Both the position numbers and the translations under genes were made by a program. From positions 22,134,001 through 22,198,000 of the forward strand of contig OX597821.1 of NCBI GenBank assembly GCA_951406725.2: a DNA stretch of 64,000 nt, written 5' to 3'. Under the pieces are notes generated by a model. The model searched no databases and was not told where the DNA came from. It was given only the letters and a program-made list of their open reading frames with translations. Shown in pieces: positions 27,392 through 41,196 of this stretch. Position 1 is the stretch's first letter. The number at the start of each line of letters is the position of its first letter. This DNA is from Octopus vulgaris. Taxonomy: Eukaryota.

Positions 27392-27736
27392 CTATATATC
27401 GCACTTAGTTTAAATGTTTTATTTCTATGAAAATTGGTCAAATGTGTTTCGAATATACTTGTACTTGGTTAAGATATATTATTTTTTTGAAAAACCACGA
27501 TACACTTAAACAACCAAGGCTTCACCATAGTGTCTCCTTGACATTTTGTTTCCCCTATTTGGCTCACAATGCCCCTGAGATCCTAACCTAACCGTAGCAT
27601 CCAGGTTCAGAATCTCTGTTTAATGCCTTCAAGAGTTGAGAAAATTTTTATTCTTGTTACAGATTACTTGTAGTATAGATAATGCTTGCTGCTGTACACT
27701 GTTCTTAACACACACACACACACAAATACAAACACG

Positions 27737-27770
<34 letters not shown>

Positions 27771-27773
<3 letters not shown>

Positions 27774-27962
27774 GAGGGAGTTATGAAAAGTTCTTGGTTA
27801 TGTAAAACAAAATGCAGGACGACTGGTTAATTATGATTTTATCCAACTTTCATATTCACACACGTATTGTAGTGGCCCTTCACTTTTCTAAGCCCTGTAA
27901 CAGAAGTCGGAAAGTTGGGCCTCCAACCAGGGCTTTCGCGACAAGGAACTTTTCAGCACTCC

Positions 27963-27968
<6 letters not shown>
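27771..27968. mobile_element. Complete Tc1/mariner-type MITE
   Basis: TIRs tacgagggagttatgaaaagttc / gaacttttcagcactccctcata with TA at both ends. Confidence 0.85.
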
Positions 27969-28024
<56 letters not shown>

Positions 28025-28454
28025 CATATATATACACACGCGAATCCTTTGTATCTCCTCAGGCAAATGAAACAGTAAATTTCGTAGACAAATTGAATAA
28101 GAATGAATTTCCAAATTTTAGCTACTGTTTCCCAGTTTGCAATGACAGCCGACTGACCACTATATAAATGGTACCATTTATACTTAGCCTGCAGTGCATC
28201 ACATTCAATATTTGTCTAATAATAACGAAGACTACTCTAAGGTTATTATTTGCCTTTCACTCGAGCAGTCGAACATCTATTCATAATTAAGTCTACTTTA
28301 GTCTAGCTACTGTACAACAAAATACATTTGCCCTCTCGTTTACAGGCTAATTTCTTACATCACTTCTAAAATAACTTCCATGAATGGCCACCATAAATGA
28401 TGGCTAAAGAAATTCCGATATTAGTTGACTTATTATGATCGTTATTGTTGTTGT

Positions 28455-28533
<79 letters not shown>

Positions 28534-28658
28534 ACTAAACACTAAATTGATCTAAATTTCCTCTCTCCTACCTCTTTCTCTCTTACTTTACAGTGGTTCA
28601 ATTACTTATTTTATGTGCTGATATATATATGTAATAGGTGTGTGAGTGTGTATGCATG

Positions 28659-28726
<68 letters not shown>

Positions 28727-28869
28727 CGATGTGTATCCCTTTACATACGTTTATATAAACGTAACGTTCGTAGTTGAATATATTTCTGTATGAATGAGTC
28801 TTTTGCAGGTAATTGACTATTAAGCATTTGGCTACAGCACCATTTCAAATGTTACTCATGATATATGTA

Positions 28870-28908
<39 letters not shown>

Positions 28909-28911
<3 letters not shown>

Positions 28912-29092
28912 CTTTACTGCCCACAAGGGGCTAAACATAGAGGGGGACAAACAAGGACAGACAAAGGGATTAAGTCGATTACATCGACCCCAGTGCGAAA
29001 CTGGTACTTTATTTATTGACCCCGAAAGGATGAAAGGCAAAGTCGACCTCGGCGGAGATTGAACTCTATCGTTTCTGCCAGCTCGCCGCCTT
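28909..29092 (-). mobile_element. SINE family B, alternative-tail variant
   Basis: Family B core with tail cccacaaggggctaaacatagaggggacaaacaagg, also at 33776-33835 and 43545-43905. Confidence 0.85.
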
Positions 29093-29312
29093 CAAATAAA
29101 TATATATATATATATATATATATGTATAGAGAGAGAGAGAGAATTTATATATATATATAGATAGATATATGTAAATTAATATGTTACCATTATTCAATAG
29201 CCAAGATAAAACTCTGAGTTTCGGATGCCGAAGTGGAAATCCACAACTCCATCTCTTCATAGTAAATATATCATATATATATGTATGTATGTATATATAT
29301 ATATATATATAT

Positions 29313-29394
<82 letters not shown>

Positions 29395-29612
29395 TAGATA
29401 AGTCCCATTTCGTTGCAGACAAGAGATATCGTGAGAATAGAGGGGAAGACATAAACGGACAGACAGACAGAAGCAGACAAACAGACAGGCAGACAGACAG
29501 ACAAATTCAGTAAAAAGAAGACAAAGATTCAGACAGACACTCATTGACTGACAGGTAAATCTACTGAAGAATAAGTTCCAGTGGAAACATGTTTGAATGT
29601 GTAGAAGAACGT

Positions 29613-29650
<38 letters not shown>

Positions 29651-29917
29651 GAGAGAAGCAGTGAGATAGACAGAGAGACAGACAGAGACAAATTGAGAGA
29701 CAGAGTGAGGCGGGGAAGGAGGCTGAAAGACTAAGAATTAGACCATGTGATCCGTTATATGTAATCTTAGACAGTTAAACTGTTAGACATTATATGAAAA
29801 ATCTTGCAAAAGTCCATATCGATATCAAAACTACTCGTAAGAACTGACTGAGGTATAGATTTTAGATCAGATTTCATATTGGAAAAAATGTTTTGTTTTG
29901 CTTCTTTTATTTTTAAC

Positions 29918-29969
<52 letters not shown>

Positions 29970-30317
29970 ACTCTCTCTCTCATGATCTTCCTTTTTTTAT
30001 TCTTCTTCTCTCTCTAATCTATCTCTCTCTCTCTATCTCTGTTTCTCTCTCTCTATCTCTGTTTCTCTCTCTCTCTCTCTCTTGCACAAATATGCCACAC
30101 ATGTGCACACAACGTGTGTATGTGCACATGATATAAATGCGTGCGCGGGTATATGTAAGCGTGTGTGTGTGTGTGTGTGTGTATGGCTGTGTATATATAT
30201 AAATTTATACATACATATATATATATAAGCACATATATACATGTATACATAAATATTTATACAAATATATCATATATATTATATACATACATGTATATAT
30301 ATATATTTACATATATA

Positions 30318-30363
<46 letters not shown>

Positions 30364-30380
30364 CGTATATATATATACAT

Positions 30381-30430
<50 letters not shown>

Positions 30431-30951
30431 TGTGTGCGTGTGTGTGCGCGCGACAAGAGAAGGGAAAGATCTTACGCATGGTGACATGGCTTTAGCCGCA
30501 TTAACCAAAGATGATACATGCACACACACACACACACACATTCACACATTTACTTGAGCTGGTGCGCATATGTACGTATTTATGTGCATGTGTGAGAGAC
30601 AGGAAAACAGAGAGAGAGAGAGAGAGAGAGAGGAAAGAGCGACTGAGCGAGTGAGTACGTGCATGCGCACGCCTTTGGTAAATGCACTGAAAGCTGGTGT
30701 CTCTGTTGTTTCCACATGCGAACCATATCTTCAGTGCAGCTGAACCGAACTTCCCTTGATATCATCTGCTCAACTGATCGCTCAACTGATCGCTCAACTG
30801 ATCGCTCAACCTGCTTTGTCTCCATATTCTCTTTAACGCTCCCACCTGCCATATGATCTACCCATCTATTCGTAACGTACTCTACCCTACAACCAGTCCA
30901 TTTATTGAAGTCTTTGTTGTCCATCTTTTGCTTTTTTGCTTGTTTCACTCA

Positions 30952-32003
30952 TTAGGTTGCGGGCATGCTGTTATATAACGGTATAGTGGCACTTTAGCCG
31001 CAAGCCTCACCGTTACAATACATAGGGTTACCCCAAAATTGCACACTAAAGTGGATCTGGTCTTTTTAAATCAACTGGTAAAAGCAACGGGCGTGTTTCG
31101 ATCTTATTATATTTCATTAGTGAGACTTATTTTGCTCATTTAGAAATTTTTTTAATTATAGATTAAAAAAATCTATAATTAAAAAAATTTCTTTTTGTAG
31201 ACAAAACATCACAAAACACATCGTAAATTAGAATTATACATATGATATCACCATTATTGTGTGTGTATGCGAGTATGTGTGCGCGCAGGTGTGTGTTTTG
31301 TTATTTTGTTTCTCATTCTGCGCAAAATATTTGGTCTATGTTAATGTGACGTATAACTTGGAGTAACAAGTACGTTTCTGGAGTTCTCATTAAATAAATT
31401 AATTGATATCAACGAGATGAAAGAGAAGGTATTTTAATTATACAAACACATTGCGCTGTTACATAATGTAGGAGTGGAACTTTAGTCTCAAGCCTCGCCG
31501 TTACAATACATAGGATTACCCCAAAACGGGGTCATTTCGTTTACAACTACAAAGTTGTAAAAGAAATCAGTATTATAGTATTTGCTGATTTTTGATAGCT
31601 TATTTTCCTCGTATATAACCTACGAGCAAAACACCCCCTGTCCAATGGACAGCACTGAGTTGTCAAACATTTAAACCAAATTTTCTCAAAACAACTTGTC
31701 CGACCGTCCCATGTTGTGGCATTATTTCAAGCCAGCCGGCGTTTTTTGCGCAAACTGCACTTTTCTCGCGTACGCGTAGTATCGATCGCAACAGTTGATG
31801 TACTTGCGCGTACAAATGCACGTTCCCACGGCTTTATCGATCGCATTCCCACCTGGAATCGATTTTTGTAATTTTTTCAAGACATATACACGCCCTGATA
31901 CCGTCGGTATCTACATATCAAATTTGAGCGCAATCGGATGGAGGATGCCCGAGATCCTAGAAGACACACACACAGCCAGACAGAACGGATTTTATATAAT
32001 AGA
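30952..32003 (-). mobile_element. Non-autonomous Helitron-like element
   Basis: 5' TC end (tttatataataga|t) resembles 22200-22310; hairpin 30965-30984 and degenerate CTAA 3' end; internal ~55-bp direct repeat at ~30985 and ~31472. Confidence 0.55.
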
Positions 32004-32236
32004 TAAGATTATTATAAATTCGTTTTCGCTTTTGTATCTGGTTTGCAAGATTCTTTATGTGAATTCGTGTGTTGAAACTAATTTTGCTGAGTCTGGAGTG
32101 ATTATGCCCATATGATTAACACACACGCTGGTGCAATTCGCTTCTTCGTTATTAGTCAATTGGTTAAATATCTAAATTAAACAAATAATCTATTAGTTGG
32201 TTATTTAATCAATTGACTAATAATCCTTTTTTACAA

Positions 32237-32360
32237 TAGGCACAGTGCCTGAAATTTGTGGGGAGAGGACTAGTCGATTACATCGACCCCAGTGTTTCAC
32301 GAGCGAAATACCGCTCAGAATTTTGTCCGGGGTGCTAATGATTCTGACAGCTCACCGCCA
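32237..32360 (-). mobile_element. SINE family B with internal deletion
   Basis: gcctgaaatttgtggggaga..gtcgattacatcgaccccagt..gctaatgattctgacagctcaccgcc. Confidence 0.75.
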
Positions 32361-32953
32361 ACCAATTGGCTAACAATAAAGGAATCAGTGCGTGTGCTAA
32401 TAATATTGGCATAATGACTTTCCCTAGACACAACGTCAATTTTTCTCCACTATTCTCGACTCTAAGTAGTGCCACTTATTCAGTATTAGGAGTATTAGAT
32501 CCTGTTGGCCTTGAATTATCGATGCTTCCCTAACTTAGCTTCTATTTTTTTTTTCTAGGTAATGGGGTTGGCCCTATGCAAACCCGTTTTTACTTCTGGG
32601 AAGAGATGGCTCATATTGTATGGCCGCAGTCAAATGACTGAAACAAGCAAAAGAAAAAGAAAATAAATAACTACTATTCCCTTCAAGCTTTGCTTTTGTG
32701 ACCTGGATATCAATGTTTTGAAACTGACCACTTTTCCATTACATTTCAGACAAATTTAGCACTGAGCTGCTGAAGCAGAAATATCGTTATAGCAAATATT
32801 CTGTTCAATTGAGATTTGCTTGTCAGTTGCTGGATCTTAACCACTTAAGCACATCCCTTAGTGGCTGGCAATATGCGCGTCTCTGATCATGAGAAGGAGT
32901 AGTAGAGTATACATATGCGTATCCATACATACATAAATATAGTTATATGTATG

Positions 32954-33009
<56 letters not shown>

Positions 33010-33030
33010 ATTTCTAAAATATATATATAT

Positions 33031-33702
33031 CGTTTTGGGATTTGGTTTGCACGATTCTTTATGTGAGTTTGTGTGTTGAAGCATATTCTGTTGTGTCTGG
33101 GGAGAGTCATTATCTTTTAGTGCCTTATAATTTGACACACTCACCGGTAAAATTTCCACTTATTTCTTTTTTATTTTTCTAAAATTTTCATTGCGTCTTG
33201 CAACCTTTGCAATAGTTTAATGGGTTGTTATGTAGATAGATGTATGTATGTGTGTGGGTGGGTATATGTATATATATGTATACGCACATGTATATAAGCA
33301 TATGGATATGAAAGTAAAAAGATCAGCATACAGATGGATGGGTACATAGGTTATATGAACAGACAAGCACACATACACACATACGCAAATGAAGACATGA
33401 CCATATATACACACACACTTTACTTCACACAAGGACACATATGGAGACACACGTCCGCACATATGGAGATGCACATCCATAGATACAAACACGGTACATG
33501 GTTGCAAAATACACACACACACACATGCGCACAAACTAACAAAAAGTAACGCAGTGTGAATAATGGACAGAGTCAAAACTATTGAAAATGTTGCAAAATG
33601 CAACGATAATTTTAGAAGAATAAAAAAGAAATAAGTGGAAATTTTACCGGTGAATGTGATAAATTATAAGGCACTAAAAAAGAATCTGCCCAGACACAAC
33701 AG
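33031..33702. repeat. Inverted pair of PLE-type terminal repeats (arms 33088-33218 and 33576-33702), each with a hammerhead-like relic
   Basis: Arms are reverse complements (accggtaaaatttccacttatttc / gaaataagtggaaattttaccggt); diverged related copy at 32015-32130. Confidence 0.75.
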
Positions 33703-33708
33703 TACGTG

Positions 33709-33757
<49 letters not shown>

Positions 33758-33990
33758 ACTATATATATATATATATTTCTTTACTACCCACAAGGGGCTA
33801 AACACAGAGGGGACAAACAAGGACAGACAAACGGATGTATATATATATACATCGACTATATATATCTGCTTACTTATGTGTACATACATGTGTGTATAAG
33901 TATATATAATATACGTATGTATATACATATTTATCTATCTCGATATAAATGTGTGTTTGTGCATGTGTGTGTAGATACAGGTATATAATA

Positions 33991-34051
<61 letters not shown>

Positions 34052-34087
34052 TGGATGAGCTGTAGACAGAGTGAAAAAAGAAAGGGG

Positions 34088-34128
<41 letters not shown>

Positions 34129-34505
34129 TCAGTGTGTATATGTGAGTCCCTACTATAATTCATACATCTATGTGTATATGGCAGCCAGTTTACAGATGCA
34201 TGCATTTCTTTGTATTTAAATACACATACACACATCTATCTATCTATATATATATATACATGCATACATACACTTATACATGTATATATGTGTAAATATA
34301 TATATATACATATACACACACACATATATATATATATATATATGTGTGTACATCTAAGAACGTATGTGTGCATGCGTGTATGACGCCCACTATATACAGA
34401 TAGATGCATTTCTATATACGTAAATATATATATAATATAAATAGTCTATTCATATATGCAAGTATACATACATATATGTACATACATATATATGTATATA
34501 CCCAT

Positions 34506-34974
34506 ACAAATGGAAAACAAGACAAGCAACATAAGAAATGACCCTCCATCAGTTGTCGGTTGTTTTATCTACTCTACATTTCGAGCATGTCCCTCTCTCT
34601 TCCTTATTTACTCTCTCGTTGCTCACACGTGATCATCGACCATATTTCTTTTCCTAACTTGAGTTTCTTTCTTTTCTTCCGATCAGCTACAGGAGATCAG
34701 ATGCATCCTTGTCTGTCTCCTGTCAAAGCTTGTTTCTCCAGCGTTCGCCACCTCACCTCGTCCTGGCTTAAAAGCTCTTACCGTTTTCACTGTCCTGTTT
34801 TTGTTATCAACTTTGAACCTCCGCAAATCCCAAATTTTATTTTATTTGTTTTGCGGGAGCAACTGTTTTGACGAAGGCACATCTTGTCGTAAATGCTCGA
34901 AATGTGGAGTAGATAAAACAGCCGACAGCTGATGAAGGGTCGTTTTTACGTTACTTGTATTGTTTTTCATTTGT
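34506..34974. repeat. ~83-bp inverted repeats (34506-34588, 34893-34974), probable PLE inverted pseudo-LTR
   Basis: gttttatctactctacatttcgagcat / atgctcgaaatgtggagtagataaaac; the right copy continues beyond the arm. Confidence 0.7.
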
Positions 34975-35624
34975 TTCTTTCGTTGTTCGCAAAATAGTTC
35001 GTATTCCATGTTTTGTATTTATTATTTCATGGTGTTTATATTATTTCATGTGTATATACATATATATGTATGTACACATATGCCTGTATACATGCATATA
35101 TATATATATATATATATATATTATTTATATAATCATATAATTGAACGCCACGCATTCATTTCCAAGTAAGTTTTACATATATATATATATGTATGTATGT
35201 ATATATAATGTATGTATATATGGAAATGTTTAGTACTGGTAACAATGGTGAACCTGACGCTAAACTACAAAAACAAAATGTCCACTGGCGACTCACTGTA
35301 TGATATGCTGGGTGAAGACAATCGGAGGAAGGCAATACTTAAAGAAAAGCACAATACACTTTAATTATTTTCAATTGATTTCCCTTCTTACGAACATTCA
35401 TTGCTGCTTGCGTGTATGCGTGTGTATAAGTATGTGTGCATGTATATATATATACACACACACGCATACATATATACATATATGTGTATACAATACATAT
35501 ACATATATGTACATGTGTGTATGTGTGTGTATTTATATATGTGTGTATATTTATGTATGTATGTATGTATGTATGTATGTATGTATGTATGTATGTATGT
35601 ATGTATGTATGTATGTATGTATTA

Positions 35625-36813
35625 TGATTGTAACCTGTTAGCACATTCCCAGTAAGATATGCAGCACATGCTGAATGCGATTTCTGCTGCATGTACAGCA
35701 TTGGGTCTAACGATCAATCTAAAAAAAACGGTTATAATGTACCAGCCTGCTCCCTCCTAGATGTATGTGGAACCCTTTATAACTGTGAATGGTCAAAGGC
35801 TGGAGACTGTACCTTGATTTATTTATTTAGGAAGTACCTTGAGCACTGCTGTTGGTGATGATGAAATTTCATATAGAATCAGCAGGGCTAGTAGTGCTTT
35901 TGGTAGGCTTGATAGGCGTCTGTGGAAACAACATAATATATCTTAAGATATATAACACGTGCGTCCTACCATCTTTGCTATATAGGAGTGAGGCATGGGT
36001 TGTTTACCGTGGGCATGTAAGGCAATTGGAACGATACCATCAATACTGTCTGAGAAAATTTTGGGGGATAAACTGGAAAATTACATTACATTAGTAATGT
36101 GGAGTTGCTTGAGAGGAGTGAATCTAGAAGTATAGAGTCAATGATTTTGCAAAGACGTTTGAGGTGTGGGGAGGGCATTTGGTAAGAATGAGTTGATAAG
36201 CAACAGCCCAAGGAATTATTGTATGGTGAGCTGGAAGATGGGAGGAGACCAGCGCATAAGCCTAATTTAAGGTTTAAGGATTGCCTTAAAATGCTCTAAT
36301 ACAGACAGGAATTGCAGCTGGTGATTGGGAGAGAGAGACACAAGACTACGATGGATGGAGGTAGATAGTACCTGATGGTTGTTCAAGGTTTGAGAGGGAG
36401 ATAGTGAAATATGAGAGAATTAGGAGGGGACTTAGAAGGAGGGAAACTGTAGAAAGTGAGAGTGTTGTTTTTTTGTGTGTGTGGATTGTGGGAGTAGGTG
36501 TTTGAGTCATGATGGCCTGGTGAGCCATCAAAAATTTCACATGAATCGGCCCATGATAAACAGTGATGTGGCTATTAAAATTCACAACAGAACATGTGTA
36601 AAATGTGGAAGGGTGTGCCGCTCAGCTGGAGGTCTGAAAAGACACGTTATAAGAGTGCATATGGTGGCACCTGTTTCTCCTGCCAGCCAGCACAGTTGTG
36701 CAGTATGTACTAAAACTTGTAAAAGTTTGAATGGGCTCAAAAGTGACGTAAGGGCATCACATGGCATCAATAATGAATCATTTGAGTAAGTCTTTTTGCC
36801 AATGGCTTTTCTC
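35625..36813 (+). mobile_element. 5'-truncated RTE LINE: RT C-terminal part and three C2H2 zinc fingers
   Basis: GLTINLKKT..FIYLGSTLS..RISRASSAFGRL..VLPSLLY..PKELLYGEL..RFKDCLK; CVDC..H..H, CVKC..H..H, CAVC..D..H. Confidence 0.9.
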
Positions 36814-36816
36814 GTG

Positions 36817-37138
36817 TAGTTAGTTAGTTAGTTAATTTGGCTCAAAAGCAAATAGCAAGGCCATGTAGGGGGACATGGAGTTAAGTACAGGGTGGTGTTC
36901 ATGTAAAGAGTTCAGGCCACTTGAGGTCCAGGGAGGCTTTGAACAAAGCGGTCGTCGGCATCTTCACCATCTCGTCTGGCAGCTTGTTCCACGGATCCGC
37001 AACCCGGACGGAGAAAGCTCCTCTCCTTCGATTGAGATGAAATCGTCGCAGGTAGAGCTTTTCGGAATGACCCCGCAGCCGACGCTCTGGAGCAGGAGTG
37101 AAGAACAGCTCTTTCGAGAGGTTACACTTTCCGCTTAA
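36817..37138 (-). mobile_element. CR1/L2-group LINE 3' end nested in the RTE 3' UTR
   Basis: RLRGHSEKL..RRGAFSVRVADPWNKLPDEMV..FKASLD; (taac)n tail; the RTE tail resumes at 37139-37157. Confidence 0.88.
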
Positions 37139-37214
37139 GAGGGTGCAGCTATGATGCATGTATGTTTGTGTACATATATCTTTGAACGTATTGAAATGTA
37201 TATGTATATATACA

Positions 37215-37610
37215 GGCGCAGGATTGGCTGTGTGGTAAGTAGCTTGTTTACCAACCGCATGGTTCCGGGTTCAATCCCACTGCGTGGCACCTTGGGCGAG
37301 TGTCTTCTGCTATAGCCTCGGGTCGACCAAAGCCTTGTGAGTGGATTTGGTAGACGGAAACTGAAAGAAGCCCATCGTATATATGTATATATATATATAT
37401 ATATATATGCGTGTGTGTGTTTGTGTGTCTGTGTTTATCCCCCTAGCATTGCTTGACGACCGATGCTGGTGTGTCTATGTCCCCGTTACTTAGCGGTTTG
37501 GCAAAAGAGACCGATAGAATAAGTACTGGGCTTACAAAAGAATAAGTCCCGGGGTCGAGGTATTATGGCCGCAGTCGAATGACTGAAACAAGTAAAAGAG
37601 AAAAAAAGAG
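37215..37610 (+). mobile_element. SINE family A
   Basis: Match to 5607-6023 with a short deletion near the 3' end. Confidence 0.9.
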
Positions 37611-38147
37611 AAAGAGACAGAGAAAGAGAAAATATGTGTTTGTGTATGTTTGGATATGCATATAGTTATATACATTTGCATATAAAAAATGTGTATGTAT
37701 GTATTAATATGCACATAAATGTATAAACGTATGTATATCTATATATAAATGTACATTTATATACTTATATAAATATAGATATATATAAATATATACATAC
37801 ATATATATATGTGTGCATATTTATATATGTGTATACACATATACATATATATAAATTTGTGTGTTTGTATGTGTGTATATGTGTGCATGTGTGTATCCTT
37901 AAATATGAATATGTGCATGCATATATGTATGCATTATTAGTAGTGAGACTAGCACCAACTTTGTATTATAGTTTCATAACTGATATTTTTCATATTGATA
38001 TTATTATTATCGTTGTTGTTGTTGTTAGTATTATAAGCAGATGTAAATGTTGATGTGTGAATAAGTCTACAGATAACTTTATATATATGTATGTGTGGCT
38101 GTTTCAATACGTGAATGCGTACACAGCGTATATATTCGCCTATGTCC

Positions 38148-38186
<39 letters not shown>

Positions 38187-38473
38187 TATAAAGAGAGAGA
38201 GGCATAGTTGTATATGTGTACGTTGATATTGGCTTTACTGTAATTTTTTTATTGTTTTAAGTTCTCCAAAAGCTTCAGAGACCAAAATTTTGCCCCCTAA
38301 GACATGCTTGAACACAGACTTATAAATTTAGCCAAACGTCGATATTATAGTAAAGACATAAATATATTCTAGATTTTGAATCTATTGCATAATTTGTTAT
38401 TCCTGATCATATGATGACACTATATATATATATATATACACAAAAGCATGTGTGTATGTATGTTTATATTATG

Positions 38474-38514
<41 letters not shown>

Positions 38515-38625
38515 ATGTATATATGTACGTATATATATGTATGTATATGTGTATGTGTGTGTATATGTATATATATATATATATATATATGTACAAATAT
38601 ATATGTACATATATATATATATATA

Positions 38626-39185
38626 TCGGATGTGATGTCTTAGCGAGATTCCTAGCATCGTCATCAGATGTTGTTCTTTCTTCGTCAAGGCCTGAGTATC
38701 TCACATGCGTATAACATTGTAGGCAAGACTGTGCTGTTGAAGAGATTGGCGCGAATTGCCCTTGTCTAGGTTCGCCTTCAGCACATCCTTCACCAAGTTG
38801 AACGCGCTCTATCCTGTTTTTACCCTTCGTGAGATCTCATTCTCCATCTCTCGCTTCATAGTCTAAGAGATCACATTCGAAATGAGAGCAGGCATAGAAA
38901 AGGAGTGAAGGACGTCGTCGCAGAATACTACCACACAAAGCTACGATGGGCTGTTCATATTGCAAGGTTCGCAGACGATTAGTGTACCCGTGCAGTCGTT
39001 GAGTGGTACCCGCGCGAGCGGAAAATACACTCAGGAAACCTTCAATCGTGTGGGAAGATGAGTTAAGAAAAGTGTTTGGAGGAACGTGGAGGAATGGCGA
39101 GTGCACGATGGGAATGGAGTGAATGTCGTGACCAGTGAAGCCGACTCGGCACCAGAAGCCTGGCCGATCCAGGTGATCCAGATGA
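38626..39185. mobile_element. RTE LINE 3' fragment with inverted 5' part (38626-38859 minus, 38860-39185 plus)
   Basis: Minus: [43 protein letters not shown]; plus: SLRDHIRNE..VKDVV..KLRWAVHIARF..VVEWYPRERK..WEDELRK. Confidence 0.85.
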
Positions 39186-39192
39186 TATATAT

Positions 39193-39268
<76 letters not shown>

Positions 39269-39403
39269 ATGTATGTATGTATGTATGTATGTATGTATGT
39301 ATGAGTTGTAACCATGAGGTGCACATCCGTGCAAAGCGAGGTGGGGAAAATAGCACTGGAATACCAGAGGTAGAGTATTATCTGATTAATAATAAATACT
39401 TAT

Positions 39404-39797
39404 GGATGAGATGGAAGCACTCCGTCGGCTACGACGATGAGGGTTCCGGTTGATCCGAATCAACGGAACAGCCTGCTCGTGAAATTAACGTGTAAGTGGC
39501 TGAGCACTCCACAGACACGTGTACCCTTAACGTAGTTCTCGGGGATATTCAGCGTGACACAGAGAGTGACAAGGCCGGCCCTTTGAAATACAGGTACAAC
39601 AGAAACAGGAAGTAAGAGTGAGAGAAAGTTGTGGTGAAAGAGTACAGCAGAGATCACCACCATCCCCTGCCGGAGACTCGTGGAGCTTTACGTGTTTTTC
39701 GCTCAATAAACACTCACAACGCCCGGTCTGGGAATCAAAACCGCAATCCTATGACCGCGAGTCCGCTGCCCTAACCACTGGGCCATTGCGCCTCCAC
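39404..39797 (-). mobile_element. SINE family C, full length with TSD
   Basis: ataaatacttat at 39392-39403 and 39802-39813. Confidence 0.92.
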
Positions 39798-39917
39798 TAT
39801 TATAAATACTTATAAACCATGGTTTGCAAACATTCACAACTGTCCACTGATGGATTATAAAGAACTCTGGATAAGAATTTGTGAAATCCTTTCAGCTAGA
39901 ATAAAACTTTATATATG

Positions 39918-39959
<42 letters not shown>

Positions 39960-40931
39960 GTATGTGTATAAATATATACACATACATTTGCTTGCTTGTA
40001 TATGTGTGTGTAGACACGTATATGTGTGTGTGAGTGTGAATGCGCCAACAGTTTGGTCTGTGTAAATATGCGTGTCTGCATTCCGGTATGTTTGTGTGTG
40101 TGTGTCAAAGAGATGAGTTGGGATGTGTGAGTGTATGTGTACCTGTATAAGTTAAAGATGTGTGTGTGTATAGGAGGGATGTGGAAGGGAGGCAGGTGTA
40201 TATATGTGAAAACTGTATATATGTGTTGAGGGTGTGTCTATAAATGTGGGAAGAAATATGCGGGTATAAGATGAAGGCGGGGAGACTATAATAGAGGTTG
40301 CACATGATGCTACGGAGAAGATGTCGGAAAAGGTGTAAATTCTGGAGCAGGTGGGATAAGGTGCAAGTTTACAAAACTGAGACCGTGAATTCAGACCAAA
40401 AGGTGTGTACGCTTCGAGAGAGAAAACGAGTTCCTGTTCCCTAACAATTCCACCAATCCAAAGCTAAAGATTAGTAATTTGTCCTTAGTTTTGAAATAAA
40501 GACATGCAAAATTTTCCTGTGCGAGATTTAACTCAGAGCAGAGGCAGACATCAAATACCGAAAGGCATTCTATCCGTCATCTAATTATTCGAACATTTCA
40601 CTGTCTTTTGTAAGTCAACAGAACATTAAGTGCAGAAACCAGCAAAGGTGGAGAAGAAACAGTTTCAAGCGTCTGATGAAACTGGTGATGGCAAAACAAG
40701 CTACTTTGACAAATTTGAGTTTGTGTTTCGAGCAGAGAAACGAATTTATATCAATATTTCACATGATGAGAATAAGCTATCAAAATCAGCAAATATGTGG
40801 TTTTCAGTTTTTCTTTTACCGCTTCGTAATATAAATGGATGCACATATGTAAACACAAAACATAATTACATATATACATGGATATATACATATATACATG
40901 GACATATATATATATATATAAATGTGTCTGG

Positions 40932-40978
<47 letters not shown>

Positions 40979-41159
40979 CACAGAAATATATATGTGTGTG
41001 TGTGTGTGGAAGCTTTCAACGCCCACGAAACTTTAAGTAATGTGGAACAATTGTTAAATACTTACAATTCCGTAAGGAAATGTCGACTAGTACTTTCTTT
41101 CGTTTGTTCGCCTACTCACATACATACACACACATACATATATACACATACTTATATAC

Positions 41160-41196
<37 letters not shown>

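Noticed and set aside
36475-36789. Host C2H2 zinc-finger gene
   Set aside because: Contiguous with frameshifted RTE reverse transcriptase and followed by a LINE tail; no TGEKP linkers
40660-40710. CTGATGA as a hammerhead core
   Set aside because: No convincing stem II, GAAA or stem I partner
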